From: a virus | IMG/VR virus record: IMGVR_UViG_3300048834_000455 | Span: 1-64,000 of that record | DNA: 64,000 bases | Strand: one strand, 5' to 3' | Shown here: positions 45,279 to 55,641 of the stretch, in pieces | Layout of the letters: the number at the start of each line of letters is the position of its first letter | Numbering within the stretch: the first letter of the stretch is position 1 | Program-made: the position numbers and the translations under genes | Notes under the pieces: model-generated | Database searches by the model: none | Told to the model about the DNA's origin: nothing | What the model saw: the letters and a program-made list of their open reading frames with translations, nothing else

Positions 45279-47494
45279 GTGCACTGTTTCGCGAATACGC
45301 GCTAACCCATCTACAGTCTCGGCCTCGCGCCGCGGACAATGGGCTCTGGCATGACTTTCGATGCCAGCAACCAGGCCATGACGACCGTTCGGCGAGTTGC
45401 TCCATCAATACCGAGGACGGCCGCGTGCGATGCCAAGCTCCCTCCTGCAACTTTGATGGGTGGATCGATGAATACGCCTCGGAATGTGGCATGCCCGCGC
45501 CCCCCGATAAGCCAGGGTGGAAGGATGGGAAGCCGATTCGAGACGAGGATCTCGACAAGCTCAAGACCAGTACACCGCTCTCGACCAGGGTCCGCCCATC
45601 CGCAAACTATCCTTATGACGACGCGGACCACAAGCCATACATGCGGGTTCAGCGCCTCGACTTTGGGGACGGCCGCAAGAGCTACCCGCAAAGCGCCTTC
45701 GTCAACGGTGAATGGACCAGCGGCCTACCTAAAGATTTCGAGCGTATTCTCTATCGTCTTCCCGACCTGCTAAAGAGCCGCGACGCTCTCGTGCTGGTGT
45801 GCGAGGGCGAGAAGAGCGCCGACCTCGCGAGACGCCTCGGCTTCACCGCGACAACGGCTTCGGGGGGCGCCGGCAACGCGCACAAGACCCGCGACTGGAC
45901 ACCGCTTGCCGACAAAGATGTCGTGATCATCCGGGACAACGACGAGGCCGGTATGGCCCATGCGCGACAGGTCGCAGGCCTTCTCATCGGCATTGCGCGG
46001 AGCATTCGCATCATCACCATGCCCGACGTGGCCGAGAAGGGCGACCTGGTGGATTGGGTGGAGGCTGGTGGTGACGCCGACGGGCTGCGGGAGCTTATCG
46101 AGGCTACGCCGGCTTTCGGGCTGCCCGTTCCGCCACCACCACCACCAACCTTGTCCCGGGTTTTCGCCGAGAGGGCCTTTGTCTGCAATGCCTGGGACCA
46201 CTTACCAACCGCGAATGTTCTCGCCAGCTTTCGGTCCAAGCAATTCAAGGACCCTGCCGCCCGAGCTGGCGCCCAAGCCATCAAGCGCATCCTCAAGAAC
46301 AACTCCGAGCTCGAACCTCTGGCCGTCGGAGCCGAGATGGGGCGAACCGGACACTTTGAACTCTGGCTGCAACTCGAGAAATTCAGCAACGAACGCCTCC
46401 AGCATCTGGGCATGGCGCGAGCCAGCACCTATAAGGCGTTCCGGGAGCATTGTTCTTGGGATAGCGGCCTGGCCTTTGTTCGAGACGCCGAGGAGTCGCA
46501 CGGGAGAGGATCGTTCCAGGACTGGATCGCTACCAGGCAAGAAGGTGTTGCTGAACTGCTGGCCCACGCGAGCACGACGGAACTCAAGACTCTAAAGACG
46601 CACGTCGAGGAATGGCTTGATGAGCTAATCGCCGGCCGAAAGAGCGAAGGCCTCTTTAACCTGGCGTTGCTGGCGCCCATCATCGGAGAGTCTGGCGGTG
46701 GGGATGTCATTGTTGGAATTGCTCCACCCAAAACCGGGAAGACCACGTTCGTCGGCAAGCTCATGACCGACCTGGCCAACGAGAACGTGAAGAGCCTTTA
46801 CGGGCAACTTGAGATGAGAATGGATCAGGTCGTCAAGCGCGAGGTAGCAAAGCTCCTCCAGAAACCCGTGAAAGACGTGACCGAGGCCGACGCTAGAGAA
46901 CTCCGGAAGAGCGGCAAGCTTAGCCACTTGGCAAACATCTACATGACCAAGAGGTGCACGACCCTGAGTTCCTATCGCGCCGAAGTCTCGTCCATTCTCG
47001 CGAAGAACCCTGACATCAAGTTCTGGGTAACCGACTATGCGGAATGCCTTCAGCGCTTTGGCGATGGCGCCAACCGCGTCGACGAGTCCGAGGCCATTGC
47101 CAAGATGATCAAGGAGACCGCCATCGCGTTCAACGTGTGCGCCTTCCTCCTGGTCCAGCCCACCAAGGAATACTCCAAGGAGGGTGCCGCTGGACCCAAG
47201 CCTTACCACGCCAAAAACTCCGGCAAATGGGAACAGGATGCTCAAGCGATGATCTTCCTGCAATCGCCGGCCCGCTTCTTCGCGGATATGCCCAAGGAGT
47301 ACCTAGAGGTTCATGTTATGGCCTCTCGCGACTCCGATACCGGTGTTATCCCTCTCCGTTGGAACCCAGCGACATTTGATTATGAGCTATGGAAGGGCCC
47401 GGTACCCGCTGGTGGTGGGCGACCCCTGAAACAGCAGACTGAGACCCAGCGCTATGCGCTTGACCAGGTAGAAATGGAAGACATCCCCCTATGA
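45275..47494 (+). CDS. Zn finger-TOPRIM primase-DnaB-like helicase fusion
   Basis: C..PGHDD..C..C; VCEGEKSAD, DNDEAG; APPKTGKT, TDYAE and NSGKWEQDA motifs. Confidence 0.88.
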   Translation: MSALFREYALTHLQSRPRAADNGLWHDFRCQQPGHDDRSASCSINTEDGRVRCQAPSCNFDGWIDEYASECGMPAPPDKPGWKDGKPIRDEDLDKLKTSTPLSTRVRPSANYPYDDADHKPYMRVQRLDFGDGRKSYPQSAFVNGEWTSGLPKDFERILYRLPDLLKSRDALVLVCEGEKSADLARRLGFTATTASGGAGNAHKTRDWTPLADKDVVIIRDNDEAGMAHARQVAGLLIGIARSIRIITMPDVAEKGDLVDWVEAGGDADGLRELIEATPAFGLPVPPPPPPTLSRVFAERAFVCNAWDHLPTANVLASFRSKQFKDPAARAGAQAIKRILKNNSELEPLAVGAEMGRTGHFELWLQLEKFSNERLQHLGMARASTYKAFREHCSWDSGLAFVRDAEESHGRGSFQDWIATRQEGVAELLAHASTTELKTLKTHVEEWLDELIAGRKSEGLFNLALLAPIIGESGGGDVIVGIAPPKTGKTTFVGKLMTDLANENVKSLYGQLEMRMDQVVKREVAKLLQKPVKDVTEADARELRKSGKLSHLANIYMTKRCTTLSSYRAEVSSILAKNPDIKFWVTDYAECLQRFGDGANRVDESEAIAKMIKETAIAFNVCAFLLVQPTKEYSKEGAAGPKPYHAKNSGKWEQDAQAMIFLQSPARFFADMPKEYLEVHVMASRDSDTGVIPLRWNPATFDYELWKGPVPAGGGRPLKQQTETQRYALDQVEMEDIPL

Positions 47495-48579
47495 ATCGAC
47501 CAGCATACGAAGACAAACGGGACGCAAGTGTGCGCCGATATCTGCTGAGAGCCTTGAGGAAGTGCAAGCTCTCTGGCCTGCAGTGGGACATCCTTGCCTA
47601 CATCATCGAGGAGACCTACGGATGGGAAGACCCAGACCGGAAGGCTCGTGGGCAAAAGTGCCTTCCTCGCAAGGATCGGAACGACTTCTGGTATCAGGAG
47701 ATAGCCGAGGAGGTCGAGGCCACTTGGGACGCAGTTTCAAGAGCTATGCGTAAGCTCATCACCATGCAAATCCTAACCGAGTATTCGGTCGCCTCCAAGA
47801 TTGCCCCAGGGTGCTACGGGATCAATTCCGACCCGTCAACATGGATCATCCCACCACGTGATAGGTCGGCTAAATTGCCGACCCAAAAGGCCCCTATTCG
47901 TCGGCCAAATTGCCGACCGAACACAGTTTTCGGTCGGCTCAAAAGTGTCGATTTTTCGGACAAATTGCCGACCAATGTTGCCGAAAAAGCCGATAACCAA
48001 GCCGTTTGCGAGGCCCCTAATCTAGACAATCTAGATAAAGATCCCCCTGTAGTCCCCCAGGGGACTGACCATGACGGTACGGATTCGGAAGTACTTTCGG
48101 GGGATCCGGGCTACACGCTGATCGAGACAGCCGCGAAAGCTCTGGAACGACAGGATATGAGCATTGACGAAGTTATGTGGCAGGCCGAGAAGCATTACTC
48201 CAGGCGGTTCGTTCGAGACCTGGACGCCAGCAAGGGCGAACCGAGAAAACTCCGGTCTTACTTCGAGTCGAGCCGTTTTCGGGGGTCGCTGTTGAGCTTT
48301 TGGATCGGTGCGATGACGCCGGTTTTCGACGCTCGCCAACTCGCCAAGCGACAGCCGCAAGAGCAGCGATATGTTCCCCGTTCACCGTTCAGGGACTGCC
48401 TCGACCGGGTCCAGGACGTGGTGGCTGAGCGCAAGCGAGAAGCGGAGATTCGAAGCGAGCAAGCTAGAGGGGCGGGACCGCTGGACCCTAGCCAGCGGGG
48501 AGAGGCCCGGGGACAGCCGACCCCGAGACCTCCCCTGGCATTCCGTGACCACCGAGACCAACGCAAGGAGACCGCATGA
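47491..48579 (+). CDS. Lambda-O-like replication initiator
   Basis: LSGLQWDILAYIIEETYGW..EIAEEV..VSRAMRKL..YGINSD; internal iterons. Confidence 0.7.
   Translation: MNRPAYEDKRDASVRRYLLRALRKCKLSGLQWDILAYIIEETYGWEDPDRKARGQKCLPRKDRNDFWYQEIAEEVEATWDAVSRAMRKLITMQILTEYSVASKIAPGCYGINSDPSTWIIPPRDRSAKLPTQKAPIRRPNCRPNTVFGRLKSVDFSDKLPTNVAEKADNQAVCEAPNLDNLDKDPPVVPQGTDHDGTDSEVLSGDPGYTLIETAAKALERQDMSIDEVMWQAEKHYSRRFVRDLDASKGEPRKLRSYFESSRFRGSLLSFWIGAMTPVFDARQLAKRQPQEQRYVPRSPFRDCLDRVQDVVAERKREAEIRSEQARGAGPLDPSQRGEARGQPTPRPPLAFRDHRDQRKETA
47864..47973. repeat. Palindromic iterons (putative ori)
   Basis: AAATTGCCGACC at 47872, 47907 and 47962, each within TCGG-N8-CCGA. Confidence 0.75.
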
Positions 48580-49142
48580 GCGCCCAAAAAACCACCGTCA
48601 CTATTCGTTTCGAGGTCACCGATGAGCGTGCGCTTTGGAGCGACGAGGATTTCGACCAGCACGAATGGCTGCGGACTGGCTTGAAGCAGTTTCTTAAGGA
48701 CTCTAAACTCCCGATTGAACTTTGCGGATGGGGGCTCGACGAGGGAGACGGAATGACCACGCTCGTCATCGGCAAGGTCGTTTCTTGCACAGTCAAGGCC
48801 GACAAGACTCCAGGATTCATCTACTTCGCCCGCACTGATGGCGCGTTCAAGATTGGTCGCAGCAAGACGCCGGTGAAGCGATTGGCTTCAATCGCCACTG
48901 GTTGCCCATACCCGGTGGAGATCTACCGGCAGATCGAGGTCGACGACATGGCCACTGCCGAGAAGTGGTTTCACGATGCGTTCCAGCACGTTCGTATTCG
49001 TCCGAGAGGCGAGTGGTTCAAGGCTGACCCGGTGGAGCTAGACACGGCTATCCGGACCTTCGCCTTCCCGCCCGCTAGTCGTGGACGTGCGAAGCGATAC
49101 TCCCAAGCTGAACTAGCTCGACTGGAAGCCGAGCTAGGCTAA
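48576..49142 (+). CDS. GIY-YIG/T5orf172 domain protein
   Basis: GFIYF..FKIGRS..RLASIATGCP..EKWFH..RGEWF. Confidence 0.85.
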   Translation: MSAQKTTVTIRFEVTDERALWSDEDFDQHEWLRTGLKQFLKDSKLPIELCGWGLDEGDGMTTLVIGKVVSCTVKADKTPGFIYFARTDGAFKIGRSKTPVKRLASIATGCPYPVEIYRQIEVDDMATAEKWFHDAFQHVRIRPRGEWFKADPVELDTAIRTFAFPPASRGRAKRYSQAELARLEAELG

Positions 49143-49676
49143 ACCCCCCCTCGCCCTCCCCACCAAACCCCCGAACACCGTCGGCCACGCCCGGCCACAC
49201 GCCACCAAACAACACGTTAGCGCCACAAACCCCCAGATTCCGCCGAGTCCACCCCTCACCCCTCCCCCCTCACCGCGAAAGGAGCGCACATGCCACACCA
49301 ACCCGAGTCTGACTGCGAACCCCGAGAGGCCCCGCGGTGGTAGTCGTGGTGCCCCTGCTGGGTTCGCGAATCCTGGGCTCGACAACGGCCTGGATGCTGA
49401 GCGAGACGCCTCTGGTGCTGGTGGCGCCGAAGCCTCGAGCAGTCGAGTCGAAGCCCATGTGGGACCCTCGTTTGCAACCGGTCCTCGCTCGGACCTGCGC
49501 TGCGCCGGGTTGCACAAACGCCACCGTGACCCTCACGAAGCCCCGAGGTGGTGGCACCGGTGACCGCCGCTACTGCTGCTTCGAGTGCCAGCAGCGGGCG
49601 TACCGGGTTCGGGCGAAAAGGCGCAAGATAATTCTCCGCGTGATGGGACCCAGCGAGACCGAGGGGCGAAGCTAGC

Positions 49677-50129
49677 GTGATGAGCAGAACTGACAGCAAG
49701 AAACCAACCCCCACTACCGTGGCCACTGTAGGCCTCTCAGAGCCCGACTTGACCTCGAAGGGTACCTTGAGCAAGGCCGAGGTCCAGGAACGCCTCCCAG
49801 AGCAACGACACACGTGTGAATCCCGAGAGAAAAAAGACTCCGAGTTGGCGTTCGGGTCGCCAGAGTGGCATGCGGTCCACGGCGGGGGTCGCTCGACACC
49901 TCTCCGCGACATGCCGGAGGGTGTGCTGGGTGCCGCGAAGCAGGTGCGCAAATTCTGTCTGGAGTGCGTTGGCGGGTCGCCGACCCTCGTGCGGCACTGC
50001 GCCGGGTTCTCGTGCCCGCTGTGGGCCTGGAGGTTCGGCAAGGACCCTCGCTTCGTCAAGGACGGCGACCTACTCGATCCCGAGAAGGTCCGGGCCCTAG
50101 CGTTCGCCACCGAGGCGGTCCCGTGCTAG
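49677..50129 (+). CDS. Cys-motif hypothetical protein
   Basis: VRKFCLECVGGS..VRHC..CPLWAWRFGK. Confidence 0.6.
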   Translation: MMSRTDSKKPTPTTVATVGLSEPDLTSKGTLSKAEVQERLPEQRHTCESREKKDSELAFGSPEWHAVHGGGRSTPLRDMPEGVLGAAKQVRKFCLECVGGSPTLVRHCAGFSCPLWAWRFGKDPRFVKDGDLLDPEKVRALAFATEAVPC

Positions 50130-50320
50130 TCGGCCTCATCATCGGCCTAGCCCTTGCCCTCCTCGTCGCTGCCGCCTACCGCTACCAGGCCGAGGCGATG
50201 GACGACGACCTCGAGATCCACCTGACCCGCGCCGAGGTGCCTGGCGTGCTGACCGACCTGCAGGAGCGGGGCTATGCCGTCGGCACCGTGACCCTCGTGA
50301 TCGTGGAGGCGCCGCTATGA
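50123..50320 (+). CDS. Small membrane protein
   Basis: GAGG RBS; N-terminal TM segment. Confidence 0.5.
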   Translation: MLVGLIIGLALALLVAAAYRYQAEAMDDDLEIHLTRAEVPGVLTDLQERGYAVGTVTLVIVEAPL

Positions 50321-50564
50321 GCGCCGACCCGTCGACACCAAACGCCCCTCACGCTGCACAGGATGGCCCAGGAGGCACACTTGGGTCCTGGGCGGCACTT
50401 GGCGAAGGCGAGACTGCAAGTTGGCCTCAGGAGGCGTCTGAGAGCGTTTCTGGCGTGCGGCTGTTTGACGCGGACTTGAAGACGCTGCGGGTGTACTCGG
50501 CCGAGCAGGTGGATCGGCTCGTGGCGGGTTTGTCGGAGAGAATACGTTTACTGGAGGTAGAGAG

Positions 50565-51020
50565 ATGAGCGAAGTTTTGGACCTGGGGAAACCGCGAGAC
50601 GAGTACCTCTCCGGGAGGAAGGCGAAGCGTCTTTGTGACCTTCTCGTCGCCACTGGCTATGACCCCTCGATAGTTCGCGACACGGCGTGGATTCACCGCA
50701 TCAGCAAGCGAGTTGTTCTCGGCTATTCCGTAGAGATCGAAGGGTTTCGCGAGCGCGATCTGGACCTCGCGGTGGCCTTCCCGGAAGATGCCGAGCTTCC
50801 CGTGACCGTGAAGGCTGACCGTTTCCCACTCGCCTCCTTCCAAGCTGTTCTCGCCATGATATCCAAGGCTGAAACCGAGGCTGACTCTCGACTAGAAGAG
50901 GCGGTCAGGGTCGGAGTGGTGCGTCCTGATGGCTCAAGGCGCAAGGTTGGTGAGCCATGGGAGAAGCCAGACCCCTTCCGTGGCGTGGGCATCAAGACTC
51001 TTGGGGGCATGCAGTCATGA
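50565..51020 (+). CDS. Hypothetical protein
   Basis: GGAGGT RBS. Confidence 0.55.
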   Translation: MSEVLDLGKPRDEYLSGRKAKRLCDLLVATGYDPSIVRDTAWIHRISKRVVLGYSVEIEGFRERDLDLAVAFPEDAELPVTVKADRFPLASFQAVLAMISKAETEADSRLEEAVRVGVVRPDGSRRKVGEPWEKPDPFRGVGIKTLGGMQS

Positions 51021-51322
51021 CCGGCGCGGAGATCCTGGCCCTCCCAATAGGGGTCAACGACTGCGACGCCAAGACCATCGGCGAGTATCTCGGCAAGCTG
51101 CTGTCCACACTGTGGGAAGAGGCCGAGGGGTTTAGCGGAAAGCGGCCTTTCGGCAACAGCGGGTGGCAGGGGCCTGTTGAGGTGGCGCTCGTTCGTGGCG
51201 GTGTTGTGCGTGGCAATATCATCGAGGAGACCTACGGATGCTGGCTCGATGATTACGACGAGCCTGGCGCAGAAGCGGCTGTGCAGTTGGCGATACGGGC
51301 GATGTGGGAGGGCGTGAGATGA
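51017..51322 (+). CDS. Conserved phage protein
   Basis: TIGEYL..LL..LWEEAEGFSGKRPFGNSGW motif. Confidence 0.65.
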   Translation: MTGAEILALPIGVNDCDAKTIGEYLGKLLSTLWEEAEGFSGKRPFGNSGWQGPVEVALVRGGVVRGNIIEETYGCWLDDYDEPGAEAAVQLAIRAMWEGVR

Positions 51323-51759
51323 GTGACCGACTAGCTCCCCTGGTGGAGGAACGCCGCATCGTGCTGGTAGTGGACCCGGACCGGCTCGACCGGACACTCT
51401 TGGTGAACATGGCCCAGGTTTGCGCGGACGTGTGGATTGACGGGGCAGGCATGGTTCATGCGTTGAGCGGCACCGTGGTCGCGATGGAGGAGGGGCCTGG
51501 CCCTGACGCTACCGGCAACTGGTCTCTCGATGTCGCGGGCGAGGATAGTTGCCCGGCCTGCAGTCACAACTTCGAAGCGGCGGCTATCAACCTTGCCAAG
51601 GCCCTGCGACTCCAAAAAGGCCTGGAGGCTATCCTCGACCACGTGGGGCGAACGGCTCCGAGAGGTGGCGGGGCTTCGTGTGACACCTCGCAGGCGCTAG
51701 CGACCGAGGCCACGGTTCGGCGGTTAGCCAAGAAGGCGCTGAAGGCGGAGCCGAGATGA
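51319..51759 (+). CDS. Hypothetical protein
   Basis: GGAGG RBS; ATGA coupling. Confidence 0.5.
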   Translation: MSDRLAPLVEERRIVLVVDPDRLDRTLLVNMAQVCADVWIDGAGMVHALSGTVVAMEEGPGPDATGNWSLDVAGEDSCPACSHNFEAAAINLAKALRLQKGLEAILDHVGRTAPRGGGASCDTSQALATEATVRRLAKKALKAEPR

Positions 51760-51928
51760 CCGACACCGAGGCCCTGAATCTGGTGCTGACCATGGCCACC
51801 CTTTGGCAAGATGGCAAGGTGGATCGCGCGCGGATGTTCGCCCCGGGATTCGCCGACGACGGACTTGACGAGACTGCCGAGGCGTTGCGGATTGCTCGGC
51901 ACGTGGTGGCCGGGATGGAGGCAGGACG

Positions 51929-52774
51929 ATGAGCCTGGACCTTGACGCCATCGAAGCGCGTTTCTCGGTGGCAACGAGAGCGCCGTGGAGCGTCGTCGGT
52001 GCTGAGCTTCTGCGGTTCGCACAGGCCGACGTTCCGCTACTGACCACCGAGGTTCGCCGCCTTCGCGAGGAGGTCAGCCTGCAGTGCTGCTATGCCATCC
52101 CGCCACACCTCGAGGGGATGACCGCTGAGCAACTGGCCCACCGCCTGGAGATGATGCGAGCGAGGGTGGAGACACTGGCCGTCACCTTCCCGGGGGTCGA
52201 GGAGATGCCGAGGATGCTGGAGCACCTGGCCGAGCCTGCGTTCGGAATTATCGACACGGCTGTGCGTCTCGAGTGGGCCCAGGAGTGGCTCGAGAACGCA
52301 AGGGCGCGAGGGAGCGCTGAGCGTGGCGCCAGGGTTGATGCTGAGGAGGCAAGGGCGGAAGCAGAGGCCGCGCTGGTCAGTCCCCCGACTAGACGCTGCC
52401 TAGATACCCTCACCCTCACTGACCGCAAAGGCGAGGGGTTGGCGGTCATGTTCCAGACGTGCTGCAACGGCGAGATGGGGTCGACGGCAGAGATGCAGCT
52501 CGAAGGCCGCAATCTCGAGGACCTGTTCCTCTTCGTTGCTCCGATGGTGTTGCCGTGGCCGTCGGGCTTCAGCAACGACCGCCCGAGGATTCGCGGGTGG
52601 GTAGGTCGCGGAGAGGACTGTGGCCATCTCGTCTACACGAGGTTCAGCAAGCCGCGCACCATTCGCTGGGGCCCCGACTTTGAGTCGCACGAGATGAGCG
52701 TGCAGGAGGCGAAAGAGCTGGCTGGATGCCTGCTCGCGGCCATCTTTGAGGCGGAGAGGGGGACGTGGCCATGA
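51929..52774 (+). CDS. Hypothetical protein (Ead/Ea22-like N-terminus)
   Basis: LDLDAIEAR..ATRAPW..DVPLLTTEVRRLR. Confidence 0.55.
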   Translation: MSLDLDAIEARFSVATRAPWSVVGAELLRFAQADVPLLTTEVRRLREEVSLQCCYAIPPHLEGMTAEQLAHRLEMMRARVETLAVTFPGVEEMPRMLEHLAEPAFGIIDTAVRLEWAQEWLENARARGSAERGARVDAEEARAEAEAALVSPPTRRCLDTLTLTDRKGEGLAVMFQTCCNGEMGSTAEMQLEGRNLEDLFLFVAPMVLPWPSGFSNDRPRIRGWVGRGEDCGHLVYTRFSKPRTIRWGPDFESHEMSVQEAKELAGCLLAAIFEAERGTWP

Positions 52775-53217
52775 GCATAGAGCAAGAGCCGCCGTTGAAG
52801 CGACATCTCGAGATTGCCCTGGACTGCATCAACGCCTGCCTCGACGAGGGTGGGTTTCGGTACGATTCGCTGAGCCAGGAGACCCGCGACGCCCTCGCCT
52901 TCTTTGAGTCTCTGACATCCGTCCAGCTAAGGCAGGTCTCCCGCGATGGACGCCCTTACTGGATTGCTCGCGATGTGCAGCCGGTACACGTCTCGGACTC
53001 GCTGCACGTGGGGTTCTTCGTGCCAGAGAGTCAGGAGTCTCCGTTCTGGCGTCCGGGCGGGGCAACCGCTATCGGTCTGGCGCTCATCGCTGCTGACGCT
53101 GACGCTCTCGCGAAGAAGGCCCGCGAGGATGCCGAGTATGAGCGCACCGGTCCGATGGCCTGGGAAGACGATGCGCGCGCCATCGACTGGCGGAAGCGGA
53201 ACGGGGTGCAGTCTTGA
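52771..53217 (+). CDS. Hypothetical protein
   Basis: ATGA coupling. Confidence 0.5.
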   Translation: MSIEQEPPLKRHLEIALDCINACLDEGGFRYDSLSQETRDALAFFESLTSVQLRQVSRDGRPYWIARDVQPVHVSDSLHVGFFVPESQESPFWRPGGATAIGLALIAADADALAKKAREDAEYERTGPMAWEDDARAIDWRKRNGVQS

Positions 53218-53567
53218 GCCAGGCCGTCATCGCTGCGCTTTCCGCCGTGCGCTTCCGCTGGACGGGCGAGAAAGACCTCCAGGACGGTATCGAGAGTGTG
53301 TTGGTGGGCGCGGGACTGGAGTTTCGGCGCGAGCACCGGTTGAGCGGCGCCGACGTGATCGACTTCCTCGTGGGGTCTACCGGCGTGGAGGTGAAGATCA
53401 AGGGCCAGGCGGCTGCCGTGCTGGCCCAACTCACCCGGTACGCCGAGCATGAGAGCGTCACTGAGCTGGTGCTGGTCACCGGTCGGCTGCAACTGACGAG
53501 GATGCCGGGGATGCTGAACGGGAAGCCGCTGCGGGTCATTCCGCTGACGGGAAGTTTGCTCGGGTGA
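53214..53567 (+). CDS. PD-(D/E)XK nuclease-like protein
   Basis: EKDLQDGI..REHRL..IDFLV..GVEVK..QLTRYA. Confidence 0.7.
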   Translation: MSQAVIAALSAVRFRWTGEKDLQDGIESVLVGAGLEFRREHRLSGADVIDFLVGSTGVEVKIKGQAAAVLAQLTRYAEHESVTELVLVTGRLQLTRMPGMLNGKPLRVIPLTGSLLG

Positions 53568-55441
53568 AGAACGGGACGGTGACATGGCTTGCGTCAGGAC
53601 CGACCTCGCCCCGCCCTCATTGGCTTGTGCAGTGTAAGCCGCACGTGATGATCCGTCTCAAGCGTAACTTCGAGCGTGTGGACAAGAGCCAGCACGGCGC
53701 GGTGCTTATCGTCGACACGCCCGAGAGTAGCCGAGACCTGCTCTGGTTCATGCAGCGATTCCCGATGGAGATCGGAAACTCCGACCGCGCTGCGTTGACG
53801 GCGAGAGCTGAAGTTCACTTGAAGCGCGAAGAGATGACCGAGAGCATCCTTTCGGGAGAGTATGTTCCGCCGAGCGACACCAAGATGGCGCTGCCCGCGA
53901 GGCCATACCAGCAGGTGGCCGCTGACCTCGTTTGTGCAACGGGTCAACTCTTGCTCGCTGACGATCTTGGGCTTGGAAAGACGATCACGGCAATCACGGC
54001 CATCGCGAAGGTTGGCAAGTTCCCGGCCCTGGTGGTCACGATGACGCATCTACCCACGCAATGGCAGCGTGAGCTGAACCGCTTCTGTCCTGGGCTGAAG
54101 ACGCACGTGCTCGAGAAAGGCACGCCTTACGACCTGGCCAACGAACGGCGTGGTCGGCGCAAGAAGTCCGATGTGCAGGCAGTCGGGATGCCTGACGTGA
54201 TTATCACGAACTACCACAAGCTGTCGGGCTGGGCGGAAACGCTCGTAGAGCTCGGAGTGCAGACGGTGGTCTTTGACGAGGTGCAAGAGCTTCGCCGCGG
54301 TGAGACGCAAGCCGGTACCAAGACGCTTAAGTACGCCGCTGCCGAGTACGTTTCGCACCGGGCCGCCGTCAGGATGGGTTTATCCCATACTCCAATTTAC
54401 AACTATGGCGGCGAGATGTACCACGTGATGTCCGCGCTGGCGCCTGATTCGCTGGGCACGCAGGGTGAGTTTCATCGAGAGTGGTGTGTCTCGGATAACG
54501 GGAAGTGGCGCCTGGAAGATCCCGTGGCTTTCGGGGAGTACATGCGAGACTCGGGATTGATGCTGAGGCGAACCCGCGCTGATGTGGGACGAGAGGTGCC
54601 GGCGCTATCCATCTTCCCTCACCAGGTGGAGACCGACAAGAAGAAGTTCACGGGTGCCGACCTGGCCGCGCTGGCGAGAACCATCATGTCAAGCGAGCAA
54701 CTTGAGAAGGGCGCCAAGTTTCGTGCGGCAAGTGAGCTAGATTATAAGCTGCGCCGCGAGACTGGGATGGCGAAAGCCGAGTATGTCTCCACGTTTGTGC
54801 GCGGTCTCGTGGAGAACGGGGAGGCCGTGGTTCTGTTCGGGTGGCACCGTGACTGCTACACCGTATGGCGCCAGGCTCTTTCGGACCTTGACCCCGCCTT
54901 CTACACCGGCAAGGAGACTGCGGCCCAGAAGGAGGCGGAAATCAACCGCTTCAAGGAGGGCAAGACCAAGGTGGCCATCATCTCGCTTCGTGCTGGAGCT
55001 GGACTCGACGGCCTTCAACACGTTTGTCGCACCGTGGTGTTTGGCGAGATCGACTGGAGCCCGGGAATCCATGAGCAATGCGTGGGCAGGGTGCACCGTG
55101 ACGGCCAGACCGACCCCGTTTGTGCATACTTTCTCCTCGCGGACTGGGGCAGCGACCCGATCATAGCTGACGCCCTCGGCGTGAAGCGCGGACAGATAGC
55201 AGGCCTGCGCGACCCCAACGCACCCTTAGTGGAGGCTGGTGTCGACCCGCACCACATGCGCAAGCTGGCAGAGAGCTTCCTGCGCCAACGGGGCGAGCTA
55301 CCGCCAGAGGCCGAGTCGTCTACCGAGTCGGAACCCTCAACCCCACTTGCCGAAGCTCCGCCGGTTGTCACCGTCGAGGACTCCCGCGAAGGCGCTTTCC
55401 AGCTTGGCCTATTCGAAGAGCAGGAGTCAAGCGCTGCATGA
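53564..55441 (+). CDS. SNF2-family helicase
   Basis: LLADDLGLGKT, FDEVQ, MLRRTRADV, GAGLDGLQ and EQCVGRVHRDGQ motifs. Confidence 0.92.
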   Translation: MKNGTVTWLASGPTSPRPHWLVQCKPHVMIRLKRNFERVDKSQHGAVLIVDTPESSRDLLWFMQRFPMEIGNSDRAALTARAEVHLKREEMTESILSGEYVPPSDTKMALPARPYQQVAADLVCATGQLLLADDLGLGKTITAITAIAKVGKFPALVVTMTHLPTQWQRELNRFCPGLKTHVLEKGTPYDLANERRGRRKKSDVQAVGMPDVIITNYHKLSGWAETLVELGVQTVVFDEVQELRRGETQAGTKTLKYAAAEYVSHRAAVRMGLSHTPIYNYGGEMYHVMSALAPDSLGTQGEFHREWCVSDNGKWRLEDPVAFGEYMRDSGLMLRRTRADVGREVPALSIFPHQVETDKKKFTGADLAALARTIMSSEQLEKGAKFRAASELDYKLRRETGMAKAEYVSTFVRGLVENGEAVVLFGWHRDCYTVWRQALSDLDPAFYTGKETAAQKEAEINRFKEGKTKVAIISLRAGAGLDGLQHVCRTVVFGEIDWSPGIHEQCVGRVHRDGQTDPVCAYFLLADWGSDPIIADALGVKRGQIAGLRDPNAPLVEAGVDPHHMRKLAESFLRQRGELPPEAESSTESEPSTPLAEAPPVVTVEDSREGAFQLGLFEEQESSAA

Positions 55442-55641
55442 ACTTCGTCCTCATCATCAACACCATCTGGGAGCGTGGCCGGCAGACCATCTGGACCGAC
55501 GGTGGCGAGGACCTGCGACGACGTCCACCAGAGGTGGCCTACAACGAGCGCGACTGACGCCGCAAGGATGCTCGAAGTCGCCGCTTTCATCGAAGCCCAG
55601 CAGAAGCTTCCGCTACCGACCCACGACATCAAGGAGCCGAC

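Noticed and set aside
49290-49675. Programmed frameshift joining a 17-codon ORF (strong RBS) to the downstream Zn-ribbon ORF
   Set aside because: No X XXY YYZ heptamer; more likely decay or an indel error.
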